Of a stretch of 64,000 bases of DNA, positions 26,945-40,924 are shown piece by piece. The DNA lies in contig NC_042997.1 of NCBI RefSeq assembly GCF_006345805.1, positions 5,208,001-5,272,000 on the forward strand, given 5' to 3'. The translations under genes and the position numbers were made by a program. This DNA is from Octopus sinensis. Lineage: Eukaryota. Position 1 is the stretch's first letter. The number at the start of each line of letters is the position of its first letter. A model generated the notes under the pieces. The model did no database searches. It saw only the letters and a list, made by a program, of their open reading frames with translations, and had not been told where the DNA came from.

Positions 26945-29900
26945 GGTTGCTTTCTCGTTTTCTGTGACCTTTTCTGGTGTGTGACTATACCATCTTTTTT
27001 CTGTTGTTATTCCATAATGTTGGCATAGTTTCCAGTGTCTATAGGTCCCAACTCTGTCGTGTCTGTGAATATATTCCTTCTTAGCCAGGACTGGGCAGCC
27101 AGAGATAATATGATTTAATGTTTCTTGTCCATCTCAACATATTCTGCAGTTACTTGTTATATTTCTTTTCATTACATGTTTTTGATAATTTCTGGTGGGG
27201 AAGCTTTGGTCTTGTGCTGCAGTTAAAAATCCTTCTGCCTCTGCTTTGAGTCCTGAGCTTCTCAACCATAGTTGGGATTTTTCTTTGTCTATTCCTTTTG
27301 CATTTAGTTTAGTCCAGTATTTGCCATGAAGGGGCTTTTTTTGCCATCGTTTTATCATGGTTCGTTGCTGTTCTATTTTTAGTTTGGATTTCATTTGTTT
27401 TATAGCTTTTGTTGTTTCTTCTTCTTCTTCTTCATATTTGTTAGGTGGTATGCTTTCTTGTTTGCATTTGTCAGCTTCCTTAAATACTGAGAACAGTTTT
27501 TTGTTTTGGTCGTGTTTTGCTGCTATTTGTATCAGTTTTCCTTCTTTCTGAAGTAGATATTTTTGCAATCATATGGTAGTTATTTTATAGTAGTTTTCCA
27601 GGTGTATAAGGCCTCTACCACCTTCTATACGTTGTATATTTAGCCATTCTATGTCAGATTTTGGGTGATGCATCCTAGATCCTGTCATTATTTTTCTTGT
27701 TTTCCTATCTATTTTGGTCAGTTCATTTAGTGTCCAGTTAAGGATATTGTAGCTGTAAATTATAACTGGGACGGCTAAAGTGTTGATACCTATTATCTTG
27801 TTTTTAGCATTGAGCTCTGTTTTCAGTATTTATCTAACTCGTCTATTATATTCTTTTTTTATTTTCTCTTTCATTTTTGTGTGTTGTGTCTTATCTAGTT
27901 CATGGATTCCTAAGTATTTGTAAGTTTGGTTTTGGTCTAATTCTTTTATTTCATTGATTCTATCTAGTGTGATGTTGCTACTCTTAACAAGTTTTCCGTT
28001 TTTCAGGGTTACTTTGGCGCATTTCTCTAATCCAAATTTCATATCTATTTCTTTGGTAAATCCATGAACTGTCTTTAGTAGTGTTTCCAGCTGTTTGTCA
28101 TTTGTAGCGTATACTTTTAGGTGATCCATATATAAAAGGTGGCTGATCGTTTTGCCGTAACATTTATCTCCGCATCCAGTTCTGTTTAGCATATCCGATA
28201 GAAATGAAAGTGCCAAACGGCAAAGGAGTGGAGAGAGCATATCTCCCTGGAATGTTCCTCTTCTAATGGGGATGGCTTTGGTTTTCACAAGTCCCTATTT
28301 TGTTTGAAGATGTAGCATTGTTTGTCATTTATTCATAGAATGTCCTATGTATTTTATAATTGTTGGTGCTACTTTGTTAATGGCTAGTGTTTCGAGGATC
28401 CATGTGTGGGGGATGCTAACAAACGCCTTTTTGTAGTCGATCCAGGCCATACTGAGGCCTTTCTTCTTTCTGTGGTTGTCTTCAGTTATGGCTTTATTGA
28501 TCATTAGTTGATCTGTATAGCCGTATGAGCCTTTACGGCATCCTTTCTGCTCTTCTGGAAACAGGTTGTTTTCGTCCAGGTACTTGTTCAATCTTTGCGA
28601 TATTACTGCAGTAAATGCTTTGTACATTATAGGTCTGTAGTTTTCTAGTTTTGCCGTCTCATTTGATTTGGGAATTAAGATGGTTTTCCCCTTCGTGAGC
28701 CATTCAGGCATTGTCTCTGGCTCTGCCAGTATGTTGTTAAAATTTTCAGCCAGCTTTTCGTATATTCCTGTTAGATATTTCAACCAGAAGTTGGGGATCT
28801 TGTCATGACAAGTCGCCTTCCAGTTGCTTAGTCTTTGCAGTGCCTGGGTGAACTCTTCAGTTGTTATGGGGTTCCAAATTGCTCAGATGCTGAGTTTGTT
28901 GTTTTAATACTTCTTGTTTTTGGTTGTTCGTTCGCCGACCATATTTCTCTCCAGAATTCTTCCACTTTTACTGCTGTTGGTGCTGCAGTGATTTCTCTTT
29001 TATTTTTGCCAAATTCTTGGTAGAACTTTTTTGGGTTGGAGTTGAACTGTTTGTTTTGTTCAAAGAGATGTTGGCGTTTCTCGTACCGGCGGATCCTTTG
29101 TGCTTTGGCAAGGATATCTTGCTTCAGCTTTTCTTTTATCTCAGGTAAATCTTTTTCTGTGATGTTGTATTTGCGGAGTATTTTTGTTTTCTTTTTGTTG
29201 CTCAGTAGCGTTGACTGTCTACTGATTTCATTGAGAATCGACATATCTTTTCTCATTTTTTGTATTTTGTTTTGGATGTTATTTATCCACAGGGTTTGTT
29301 TGGGTGGTGGTTCTCCTCTTTGGATGGGTTTGAGTGCAGATCCAGCTTCTTTTGTGGCTGCAGTGGCTGCTGCGTATACTAAGTCATTTAGCTCAGTGAT
29401 ATCGCTTTTTGTTTCAGTGGCTATTAGTTCCGTGACGGCTAGGTTTCTGTTGTTTATAATTGATATTGTTGTTTTGTCTATTTTGAATTTTGGGAGGTAT
29501 GGTCGGTGGTCCATTTTGAGCTCTGTGGTTTTAAGTTCTTTGATTATTCTACTTTTTATAGTATCATAATCATTAAGCTCCCCGTCGTTGTTTCCAGGTT
29601 TTAGATTTGTGTCGCTTTCTTTCTTATTTGTATGTTTGTTTGTCGTGTTTTGGCTTGCTGTTTGTCGTGTATTATTATGTATCCTTACGGTCTGGATTTG
29701 TTGTTTTTTGTTTACTTCCTTTTTTTTGGGAAATGTTACGTTTGTCTTCGTGTTTTACTGTTTCAGTGTTTATATTATTTGGCATTGCTCTGTGGCTTCT
29801 ATCTAAATTTTCCTGATGTATTTTTTCTTTTAAATGTTCTATTTCTATTTCTGATATTCGTTTTCCTTTGAGAATATATCTCCGCATATGTGCTAGTTTC

Positions 29901-30580
29901 TTAGGTTTCATTGTTTTATCCAGGTCTTTATTTATGTAATTTTTCTTCCATATTTTGTATGTATGTGTTTTATTTTCATTCTTTGGGTAGAGCATTGCTG
30001 TAAAGTAAGTTTGTAGGATAGAAATGTGTTCCTCACGTGTCCATTTATGTCTTTTGGGTTTTATTTGCGGGACATGAGGAACAACGTCTGGCCCATTATT
30101 TTGACGGTCGTCATTTTCGTAGGGTACCGGTCCGTTCATTTCTGTTGTCACATTGTTTTGCACGTGTAGTTTTTGGTACATTTTACGTTGTAAGTTTACA
30201 GTACGTACTTCCCGAATGTTATTATTGGGTTGAATACCGGTATTATTTAATTTATTCGTATTTTTTTTGCACATAGTGTTTGGGGCCGGAGATGACCTGG
30301 TGTTGATGGATCGTAATGTATCAAGCATGTTTACATGTTTTGTGTTAGAGGTGGAGATGATATCGAGTTAAAATACATCATTTCGTTTTGAAAATAGTAA
30401 TAAATTTCAATGAGTATTAATTACTCGGATATAGTCCAATCATTTGTTAGTTATTTTTTAGCTCCATGCGATGTCTTTGTTTCCGATGTTTGTGGATATA
30501 TTTTGGAGCAATGTTGTATCGTTCTCACATGTTTTACGTCCCCGGTGTAATCTGTTTCTTTAACGTCCCCGATGTAATCT

Positions 30581-30582
<2 letters not shown>
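26648..30582 (-). mobile_element. Near full-length R4/Dong-type RLE retrotransposon; single ORF broken by stops and frameshifts; extreme 3' end lost
   Basis: ORF pieces 30328 to 27134: HKWTREEH, ENYRPI, MAWIDYKKAF, RRGTFQGDMLSPL, HLLYMDHLKVY (YMDD mutated), FGLEKC, CRIC..IISGC..RHD, RPDIV and KYKDL. The 5' end abuts (TAA)n at 30583. Confidence 0.92.
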
Positions 30583-30660
<78 letters not shown>

Positions 30661-30662
<2 letters not shown>

Positions 30663-31835
30663 TTTTTTTTCTTCTTTCAAATTTGCTTCCATTTCTTGCC
30701 GAATGTCTTCCCGACTCCTAGGGCAAAGAAACTCATAGTATACATTGGTAGGCCATTAAACTAAACTCACTAGTTCGTTCATTTTTTTTTTTAAGTTAAA
30801 TTAAAATACATGAGCAGCAACAGTTCTCACATCGACAATGCTCTTCTCAATACGTGTGATGTACCAGTTAAGACAATATTTTGCACTTCTTGCAGGGATG
30901 GTAAGCCAGGGATCATTCTCATATAATTTTCGGTTCCCTTCTTGATCATTCCTAGTGCTCCTACGATCACTGGTATTGTAACCGCCTTGAGATTCCACAT
31001 TTTCTCAATTTCAATGAGTAGGTCTTTATATTTTCTGAGCTTGTCAAACTCTTTCGCTGAGATATTATGATCACAGGGGATGCTCATGTCGATCAATAAG
31101 CAAACTTTATTGTTTTGGTCTTTCACAACAATATCTGGTTTATTGGCCTTGATGGTTCTGTCTGTATGTACTGGAAAGTCCACAGAATGGTTACATTTTC
31201 TCCTTCAGTTACAGCCTCAGGGTGGTGATTATACCACTTGTCGGCAGTTTTGATATTGTAATGCCGACTTATTAGCCAGTGAGATATTGGCCAACTCTGT
31301 CATGTCTTAATTTATACTCCACTGGTGCTAAGACTTTACATCCAGAGATTAGGTGGTCCACTGTTTCAATCATGTCGTTGCAGAATCGGCATTTTGGGTC
31401 TGCTCCATTTTTCATCACATTGGCCTGGTAGTTCCGGGTTAATAGGCTTTGATCTTGAGCAGCCAGGATGAAACCTTCGCTCTCTGCTTTTAGCCCTGAG
31501 CTCCGTAGCCACTGATGGGTTTGCTTCTGGTCAACATCAGCTTGTTTGCTGCGCGTCGCATATTTGCCGTGCAGAGGTTTCTGCTCCTACCTATCAGCCA
31601 ATTGCTCGTGCGCTTTTTTCATTGCCATCATTTTCACCTTCTTTGCAACAATAGTTGCCGTACTTCCCTCGGGTTGTTCAGTTTGGGTATCCTGCACGAG
31701 ATCAATAGCAAATTTTTTGCTTTCCTTTATGATAGAATGAAGCTTCTTTCGTCTCTCGTGATTTTCCACGAGCTTTAGCATCCAGTCTTTCGTCTCTCGT
31801 GATTTTCCACGTCTTTCGTCTCTCGTGATTTTCCA
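30661..31835 (-). mobile_element. 5'-truncated R4/Dong copy (CCHC finger, RLE, 3' UTR)
   Basis: ANKPDIVVKD..CLLIDMSIPCD..KYKDL..VLRRALSM*; CRFC finger; (TAA)n on both sides. Confidence 0.92.
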
Positions 31836-31841
31836 TTATTA

Positions 31842-31899
<58 letters not shown>

Positions 31900-32099
31900 C
31901 ATCATCATCGTCATTGTCATTGCCTTTTCACATCTTCTAACGCTGGAGATGTACTACCGTGTCAGCTGGTCACTACCAGTGCACTAAGGTAACACATCTT
32001 CCAGCTTCTCTTCATACTTAGTAGTGTGCATACATTTACCCGAAACTAATATCTTTACTAAATTGTTTCACTGTTTGGAACAAAGAGTCTTGGTCTGTG

Positions 32100-33100
32100 T
32101 CATTTTTGTATGCAGCTTCAGATCATCTCTTTGAAGAAGGTGATTTATTCTCCTGAAATTTGTAAACTCATAGGTAGGTGTGGAACTTCTTAATTTGCTT
32201 GCCTAGTCGATTAGCATTATGACGAACAGTAATGGAAAGAGCGAATCTCCTTGGAAAATGCCCTGCATATTTACACGTTGCCTAGTGATTCATTCACATG
32301 TCGTTTCTATTTCACACACTATCTTTGCATTCTCGAAGAAAACTGTTTATCTTCTCATTGAATCCGAGCGTCCTCAGGTATTCCCAAACCAGCTGTGTGG
32401 AAAATTGTCGTGAGCCTTCTTGTAATATATCCATCTAACAGCTAAATTCTTCTTTACTCGTGCCTCATTTAATACTCTATTAACTATGCATAGATGATGA
32501 AAAGTACACCTAGATGTCTTCATATGTTTTTGTTCATCTGGCAATATATCTCCTTTTCTAGAAAATTGCATACCTCACATGCTATGAGACCAGTTAATAG
32601 TTTCCAAAGTAATAGTAAGCAAGTAATAGGCCTACAATTTCTAACTTAATCTCTGTTTCTTTGCTAATCAGTGCCCTTCCTTTTGTTATCATTGTTGGTC
32701 TTCCATTTTTATGAAGTTAATAAAGCATGGTTGTATATAACTGTATACATAGTAAATTACTTGGTACATTCATGATCCAGAAACGCGGAATACAATCCAG
32801 TATGGGGGATTTCCAATTTGAAATTTACTAAATCATCTCTTTTAATTTCTTATACGTGATAGTTACCTTTCTTGTGTTACTCCAATTCCCACTTCTTTTT
32901 TTTAAATTTCAGTAACCAGCCTGCTTTTATATTATGTTGCACTTATTTGCTTTAGATTTCTCCCCAGAATTTCGTTGTTGTTTCAGCGTCTGCCAAATCA
33001 TTTCCTTAAAGTTCCTCTTCAATTTTCAGTTGTTTTAATATTTTCCTTCGTTGTTTTTCAAGAGACCATCCTGCTGATGCAGATTTTTCTCTGTTAGTTA
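32100..33100 (-). mobile_element. Highly decayed R4/Dong RT remnant
   Basis: ILPDEQK...KKNLAVRWIYYKKAHDNFPHSW resembles RT motif A of the neighbouring copies; boundaries approximate. Confidence 0.6.
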
Positions 33101-33939
33101 CTTTCTTTTGTGTGTTCTTTTTTTATACTGTACTGCTTTGATACTTTGTCTTAGATCCGCTTCAACAATTTTTGCGTTTTATATTAACCTTCCTTTGCAG
33201 TTCGTTCCTGTGTCTTTCCCCAAGACTCTTCTGATTGAGTTTCACAGAATCAAATATGGTGATGGTGAGGAGAGGACATCAACAATGGCGGTGGTGAAGG
33301 GACGAGTGTCACGTATCAAAACAAATAAGATAGTCGGGAAGACAAAAATGGTACAAGATCATGTGTGATTCGTTGTGCCACTGTATGCAATGGTGGTGGA
33401 TCGGGATGGGGTGGTTCATAGGCCACGTGTAAAAAATGATTAATTGTTCTGCTGAACGATGTGCTGTGTTGCTGAATGACGAATTGTGTTGCTGAACGAC
33501 AGGTAAGTTATTCTTGTTGTTGTCTTTCTTATTGTCTTTCAGTTTGGCGGAGGACGAAGAGGCATTGTTTTTTACTTGTGCCGCACAACATATTCACGAC
33601 TATCTTATAGAACAACAAATTTTTGTGTGAAATATATTCAGAGAGTTTTTAGGAAGTTCTATTAATGGAATTTTCTCACAGGTGATGTAAAATATACTCT
33701 TAACTGTTCCTTTCGAGGGAAAGCAGCTCAAATGTTAACAGTTAGAATAGCACACGACCCCAAAATCTCAGCAAAATGACAATCCAAAAGATAAATGGAC
33801 ACGATAACACGTAGTCATAATTCAAAATATACAGAAGATATGAAATCTCTTTCTTTCTCTCTCTCTCTCTCTCTTTCTTACACGCTCACACAAACACGCA
33901 CACACACATACACACATTAGTACACATTGGCTTCAAACT

Positions 33940-34140
33940 TTGGCACAAGGCTAGAAAGTACGAGAGGTCGGTGTAAGCTGTTTACATTGACTTCAGTGCT
34001 CAACTGGCACTTATTTTATCGACCTTGAAATGGTGAAAGGCAGAGACGAGATTAACGGAATTTGAATCATAGCGTAAAGACAGGCGAAATGTCACTGAGC
34101 ATTCTGTCCGTCGTCCTGATCATTCTGCCAGCACGCTGCA
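33940..34140 (-). mobile_element. Degenerate family B-like SINE
   Basis: ACTTATTTTATCGACC..GAAA.G.TGAAAGGCA...GGAATTTGAA...TCTGCCAGC matches the 3666-3899 copy. Confidence 0.65.
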
Positions 34141-34159
34141 CTAGTATAGATTATAAATT

Positions 34160-34361
34160 GTGGTACAAAGCCACTACATTCGAGGGAGGAGATGAGTCGA
34201 TAACATTGGCCCCAGTATTCAAGTGGTACATACTTTTTCACCCCGAAAGGACGAAAGACAAAGTCCACTTCGGTGGAATTTGAATTAAGAACGTAAAAAC
34301 GGACGAAATACCGCCAAACGTTTTGCCCAGCCTTCTAACAATTCTGCCAGCTCGTCGACTT
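34160..34361 (-). mobile_element. Second adjacent degenerate family B-like SINE
   Basis: CCCCAGT...CCCCGAAAGGACGAAAGACAAAGTC..GGAATTTGAA...TTCTGCCAGCTCG. Confidence 0.65.
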
Positions 34362-37269
34362 TCGACACCATAATATTAGCATATATTAGCCAAATGTATA
34401 ATATGCCAGCAAAAAGAAATGATCTTCCCTTGAGTTACTGTGAACAGCGAAGTTTTACTTATAAGATATCAAGCAGATAAAAGGTCCTAGCACAAATATT
34501 TGAACAAAATATTCTTTATCCAAGACTTTATTCAGCAGCTTAAAACAAGGGAGGAAAATCTAACTGTCACAAAACATTTGCTAAACTCTAATCAAGAATG
34601 TGGTTTACTCCAACGTCGGCAAAATACGTTGAATTCTCTTCCTGATTTCCAAGAGAAATGGCATTAAAATGCTTGTGCAATCTGTCTGCTTCGCAGAGTC
34701 CGAAATACAAAATATGTGAAATTTAAGCAGCTCTGAGTAACAATAGCAGCAGCATATCTTGGAAGATGCTCTTTCTGCTCCCTCCACCAAAGAAAAGATA
34801 TCGCCAGTCTCATCACTAGGAACGTTGTTCGTAAAAAATACTGTTCACTTTCAGAAACAATGTCGACGATCAAGAATATCCCTTGGTCACAGCTAACAAT
34901 GACTTGTCACTGACTTTCAATAAAGGAAGAAAATTAAATATCAATAAGTTAGTTTCTTCTTGAAATGAAGGATATAGCACAAGAAATGTCTAAGAACATA
35001 TCTGTGATTAGAGAATCAGAAATACCACCAGAAGAATTCAGGAGGTATTCGAAATCTAGGGAAAATATTGCTGAAAACTATAACAGTAAACTGTGACAAT
35101 GGAAAATTATACTACTCAGTATTAACGGAGTACCACATGTCATTTCAAATTCATAAAGCTACTTGGAGATGCCTTTGAATTCAGGAAATTTCTTTAGTAA
35201 AAGTGATAAAAATACGTGACAAGTAATAGCGATAAAAATATGTGACAAGTAACCACTCTCTGGAACAGGTTAAACTGAAACGTTAATTTGAAGTTAAGAA
35301 TTCATAATACAACGAATGTAGAATTTATAGAAAGACTAAACATTTTGTCCTAAAAATAAGAAATGTGAATACATTTTCGGAAACGACCAGGAGATACATT
35401 TCTATTTGTTATCCATTCTGAATAACAAATAGTTAATTATCAACAAAGTTAATTATCAACAAAGAGAAAATTCAGACTTATTGCTAATTCGTTGAGAATA
35501 TTTAGCAACAATATCAGAATAGAATTTAGAAATTCCAAATATGAGAACCTCGTGATGAAGAAAAAAAATTAACATGAAAGTGATGCAATGGTTACACTAA
35601 AGGAGGAGACAGTACGAGAATTTCATACAACTGCGTGATATAAATATCTTTGAATTTTAGATGTTGGTGCTATACATAACGAACCAATGAAAAGCAATAT
35701 CACAAGAGAATACTTTGGAAGGGCAAGGATTAATATTATTATTGCTGTTGCTGTTCTTGTCTACCTTGTGGCTGCTGCTGTCTTTGCTTTTATTATTGTA
35801 ATTTTTATTTTCATTCTATTCAATAAAAGAAATTCAATTTAGTTTTGCAAGCCATGGCTTCCATATTTCCAATCGGTCAGAAATGTAGTGATTTTCTTTT
35901 GTAATTCTATTAGCTTCCATTATGCTTTTCTTTTGACGTAAATACGAATATAACGACTGAAAAATTCCATTCCATTAAGATTCCTATTAGTTACTACATT
36001 CTTCACGATGAATATGCCATTCCTAAAACTCAATGATAAACTACAATGGTAACATCAATGCTTAATAAGCAAAAGAAGGATTAATACTCTAAATGCTCCA
36101 AAATTCCCTCGATGCTCACGGCAATGGAAAGAAAATCAGTTCTGCAGAGTTTAATTTCAGGTGATTATTTGATACAAAACGCTGAATATTCATAATTCAT
36201 CCCAAAATTGAATAGTCAAGTTCTTAGTACACCTTATATTAGTTGCTGAACTCTTTCCAACGAATAATGAATACTATTTAGGCAAGATAATTTGATACAG
36301 GGTTCAGACAATATGCATTGTTAACGAATGTTTTTCACATTCGATTCTATGTAATTAGATTTCGTGATTCGCACTTCACATGTTAGTGAAAGAATTCACA
36401 TAATAAGTGAAGAGGTAATAAGGTCGAAATATGTTCTCAAAATAAAAATTCGATTAAACTTGAGTACGATTTAATTCAAATAGCTTGCATTAGGACAGAA
36501 AACAATTTAACGCCTCATTCGAACACGAGTTATGTATTAATTTGAGTAAAGGAATATTAGTACATTCTTTTGATTAGCGTCTGCATAATCTTTAAGATAT
36601 ACACAATTGTTAGAATAACGATCGGATGTGACAGAAAGTACCAGATGATATATAATTGATTTCTGTGATCATATAATTTTATGATTTAAAAATTGAAAAT
36701 TCTCCAGAATTATAACATGCATACGTACATGTGAATTACAAGAAGGAAAAATCATAATTCGATTCCGCTTCAATAAATTTCCGTCAAGAAGCATGACACT
36801 AGATTGCTTTTAGGCTACATAGAGATTATGTCAATAATTTTACGTTTATCATAATTTAGAGATTATGCAAAATTACACGAATAAGTTTTGAAATAACTAC
36901 ACATTTCATGTGCCATAAAATGCGACTTCATTTCAATTAGAATAGAAATATTAGATAAACTGTGACGTTTCCAAGATAATGAAATGTTACTTCAGAAAAA
37001 AATTAATTAGAGATTTCGAGATAAAAGCACTTATTTCAAAATCTTTAAAGAAGAAAAGTGACAAAAGATACAAGTCTCTTTTGCTGGCATGTCGCACCAG
37101 GTTTGTTGCCTCGAATATGATACGCCAAAAATTGCAAGAATAATTTCTATCATCTTTATATAAATTTCGAAAAGATTTTAACTGCAAACATCAGTATTAA
37201 ATAAATTATATGTGGGAAATTTCAATATATTTGTTCTTTTTATTTTTTTATATAAACAACTTACATAGC

Positions 37270-37630
37270 TGCAGGGTTGACTGTGGTGTAACAAGGTTGC
37301 TTCCGATCTGAATTGTGTAGTCCGAATACATGGCTCCTTGGGCACGTTAATTCTACTGTAGCCTCAGGCCACTCAAAGCCTTGTGATGGGACATGAAAGA
37401 AGAGAAGATATGGAGAAGAAAAGAAAGGAAGACTGTATCTTTGTGCATTTCGCATTACCACAGATGTTGGTGTGTTTACGTTCCCTTAATTATGGACCCT
37501 GCGAAAGAGACCTATAACATAAGTGCCAGTCTTAAAAGAGAAATAAGCGTTGGAGTCGATTCGCCTTGCTATAATTCTTCCAGACGGTGCTTCAGTGTGG
37601 TTGCAGGCAAATCAGCAAAAAATAAATAAA
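37270..37630 (+). mobile_element. Degenerate family A SINE
   Basis: CCTTGGGCA...TTCTACTGTAGCCTCAGGCCACTCAAAGCCTTGTGA and GATGTTGGTGTGTTTACGT..C align with family A. Confidence 0.65.
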
Positions 37631-37963
37631 TAAACGACACGTAACAATGTATAAAAGCAATGATTCTCGACCTTTCAGAAGACGAAAGCACGCTTTGGCT
37701 TTAAAATATATTTCCTTTGATGCTGCATTGTTCGAAGCCACACGGAAATTATGGAAAAGCAGATCGGAATTAAAATGAGACTCCAGATATGTAATAGTTC
37801 GTTGGTGGTATGGGGAGCGGAGGCTGGCATACATGAGCAACTGCTGGGATTCCATGAACAAACTTAACTGGTCTTGAACCTCAGAGGTTTACTTTGTAGG
37901 GGCAATATCACAGTCATACATAACCGAAGGGGATCTTTACGCTTTAGTTGTATATATATATAT

Positions 37964-39210
37964 ATATGGATAAAAAATGGAGTTAACGCAGGTTTAAACA
38001 AGTATTTTTACTTTCGACACATCTTTCGAAAATTCCAGATACTATTCAAAAGAATAAATGGTATAAGCAATTCAATCTTCTCTTCGGGAAAGTGAAAAAA
38101 CGAAACTCGTCAATACGACATTTTAGCAAAAAATGATGGATTTGTATAGCATTAGACAGAACGCTATTAATATTGTTTAAAAAAAGTTATATGATATAAC
38201 GTCATAAGTAGCTAACAGAAAGAGTAGGGATATTAATAGTGAATATTAAATATAAAGGAAATTAAAGTTTAAATTATATATAATGATAGAGCCTACTTAT
38301 ATGCACTAAATGTATGTTTCTGCCAATGCTTACATCTGTATGCTCGTTCTATAACCATGTTTACTAGAGTATTTTTAGAAAAAATAATGAAACATAGCTC
38401 AGAATTGCAGAGAAGACAGAATTTCTTGCCTTTGTCATATGGTATCGAAATTGAGAGGATCAACCATTCTAAATGAAATTGTTCATTGTGGTCTTTTAAA
38501 TCCCAAATCAGTTTGCTGAGACCGGTACTATTCCGTTTATTTATATCCCTAAATGTTGAGTAATGGATAGAAATTCTTTTAGATAACTCTAACGATGTGC
38601 TTCCAATGTAAAATCGTACTTTATTACGAGTACTGATTATACACTGGTATATAGAATTTTTAATCTTAGAGTTACTTGACATAAATTTAATTCTATTGGA
38701 ATTGACTTCAGATACAATAACCTTGTTATTAATATTTCTAGAGGGTTGGATGGTATTAGCTAATTAAATTAGCTATTTTTCATTATTTTTTCTAAAAATA
38801 CTCTAGTAAACACGGTTATAGAACGAGCATACAGATGTAAGCATTGGCAGAAACATACATTTAGTGCATATAAGTAGTCTCTATCATTATATATAATTTA
38901 AACTTTAATTTCCTTTATATTTAACATTCACTATTAATATCCTTACTCTTTCTGTTAGCTACTTATGACGTTATATCATATAACGTTTTTTTAAACAATA
39001 TTAATAGCGTTCTGTCTATCGCTATACAAATCCATCATTTTTTGCTAAAATGTCGTATTGACGAGTTTCGTTTTTTTCACTTTCCCGAAGAGAAGATTGC
39101 ATTGTTTATACCATTTATTCTTTTGAATAGTATCAGTGGAATTTTCGAAAGATGTGTCGAAAGTAAAAATACTTGTTTAAACCTGCGTTAACTCCATTTT
39201 TTATTCATAT
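37964..39210 (-). mobile_element. 5'-truncated Penelope-like element (GIY-YIG ORF 38293-38682) with an inverted copy of its 3' end
   Basis: SIYQC...FYIGST...RISIH...LSKLIWDLK...FCLLCNSE...CKH. Arms 37964-38399 and 38771-39210 are near-perfect reverse complements. Confidence 0.9.
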
Positions 39211-39359
39211 TATTCAAAATATTCAACGTAAACACGAAGTTTCAACCTTTATAAACAAGGAGTTACAACATCTTTACTTGTGAGATTTTTGCTGCCCTGG
39301 TAACTATTTATTTATTTTTCCGTGTTAATTGTTAACAAGGTAAAAATACACTCATCTAT

Positions 39360-39409
<50 letters not shown>

Positions 39410-39521
39410 CGTATATATATATATGTATATATATATGTATATTTATATATATATATATACATATATATATGTGTGCATATGTATATATGTATATTTATAT
39501 ATATATACATATACATATGTG

Positions 39522-39553
<32 letters not shown>

Positions 39554-39567
39554 TGCACACACACACA

Positions 39568-39618
<51 letters not shown>

Positions 39619-39897
39619 GTATATATATATAAAGCAACAAGAATGGATTAAAATCTCGGTACGATCGTTTCGTACGAGGACATCTTTAATAAGCTACAAA
39701 AAATGCAGTGAATACAGATGGCTCGTACTCGTCAGCCGAAAAAATATCAGAGAATTCCCAAACATCAAAAGGGGTAGATACAAAAGAGGTTGTAAGATTG
39801 AAGAAAGTTCGATTCATGGAGATCTGATGAAAGGTTTTAAACCTATAGAATTTATGCATGTCTACATATATATATACACATATATATATACATACAT

Positions 39898-39981
<84 letters not shown>

Positions 39982-40178
39982 ATATACATACACATACATA
40001 CATACACATATATTGCGAAGGAGTTGCAGTTAACATGCATAGCTGAAACAACTCGCAGAGAAATGAAACCTATAGTTACATTATAATGCCATCGAATATT
40101 CAACTTATACTTCGACTCTGTATCTGGCTTTGCAAGATTATTTATGTGAATTCGTGTGTTAAAGCAAATTACATTGTA

Positions 40179-40345
40179 TCTGGGGAGAATAATATTGTTT
40201 TAATATCTTGTTATCTAACACACTCATCATTTTGATTTTCACTCATTATTTATATTTTTCCTTCCAACAGTTACGTTAATTATGCAAAATTGTCAATGGA
40301 GTGTGTTAGATAATAAGGCGTTACAACAGTATGACTCTCCCCAGA
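40179..40345. repeat. Small fold-back (MITE-like), arms ~47 bp
   Basis: TCTGGGGAGA...TTATCTAACACACTC versus GAGTGTGTTAGATAA...TCTCCCCAGA. A related arm sequence recurs at ~40930-40980. Confidence 0.6.
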
Positions 40346-40683
40346 CAAAAAATAATGCGACAATGCATTCATTTTTAGTTGTCTAAGAAGCAAGTATTCA
40401 CTCATAATGTGAGTTACAATGATTTAGTAATGCATACAGCTGAGAGCATTATTTTATTCAAGAATTGTTGAAAACCTGTAATCTTCAACAGGCCTACAAC
40501 GTCACCTCCGCTTTAGAGCTTGGTCATTAACAAGCAATATTCATACTCATTGTTGAGCTGACACACATCCGTTTCGGATGCCTTAGCAATGACTGGCTAT
40601 TTGCCCAACATATTCGGCACACATATAACTATTCACGTCAAACGCAATGAAGTGAACCGAGTTCTGATTAGTATTACATATAC

Positions 40684-40743
40684 CTGGTCAACCCAAACGT
40701 TTATTAAATATACATGTGAACTATAATCATCCTGCCACCATAC
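40684..40743 (-). CDS. Possible 60-nt exon ([20 protein letters not shown]), phase 0 to 0
   Basis: Acceptor CAATTACAG, donor CAG|GTATAT, single open frame. Not directly phase-linkable to the other candidate exons. Confidence 0.22.
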
Positions 40744-40803
40744 CTGTAATTGTACATGCGCAAAAATAATGAACACATACACACATTTATATGTGTGTGT
40801 CTG

Positions 40804-40924
<121 letters not shown>

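Noticed and set aside
34380-36200. Purine-rich stretch with a CIICQ motif, suggestive of a decayed transposase
   Set aside because: Stops every few dozen codons and no diagnostic motif series or termini; the family cannot be assigned.
37268-37380. Apparent minus-strand exon with strong splice sites (GFEWPEATVELTCPRSHVFGLHNSDRKQPCY)
   Set aside because: It is the antisense strand of a degenerate family A SINE head, and the polypyrimidine tract is the SINE's GA-rich interior. At most an exonised repeat.
37592-37861. 89-aa minus-strand ORF in apparently unique DNA
   Set aside because: Weak splice sites, no recognisable homology, and its only phase partner is the SINE-derived pseudo-exon.
39655-39850. 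Hammerhead-like fragments (GAAACGATCGTA on minus; CTGATGAAAGGTTTTAAACCT on plus)
   Set aside because: Each lacks the other half of the catalytic core.
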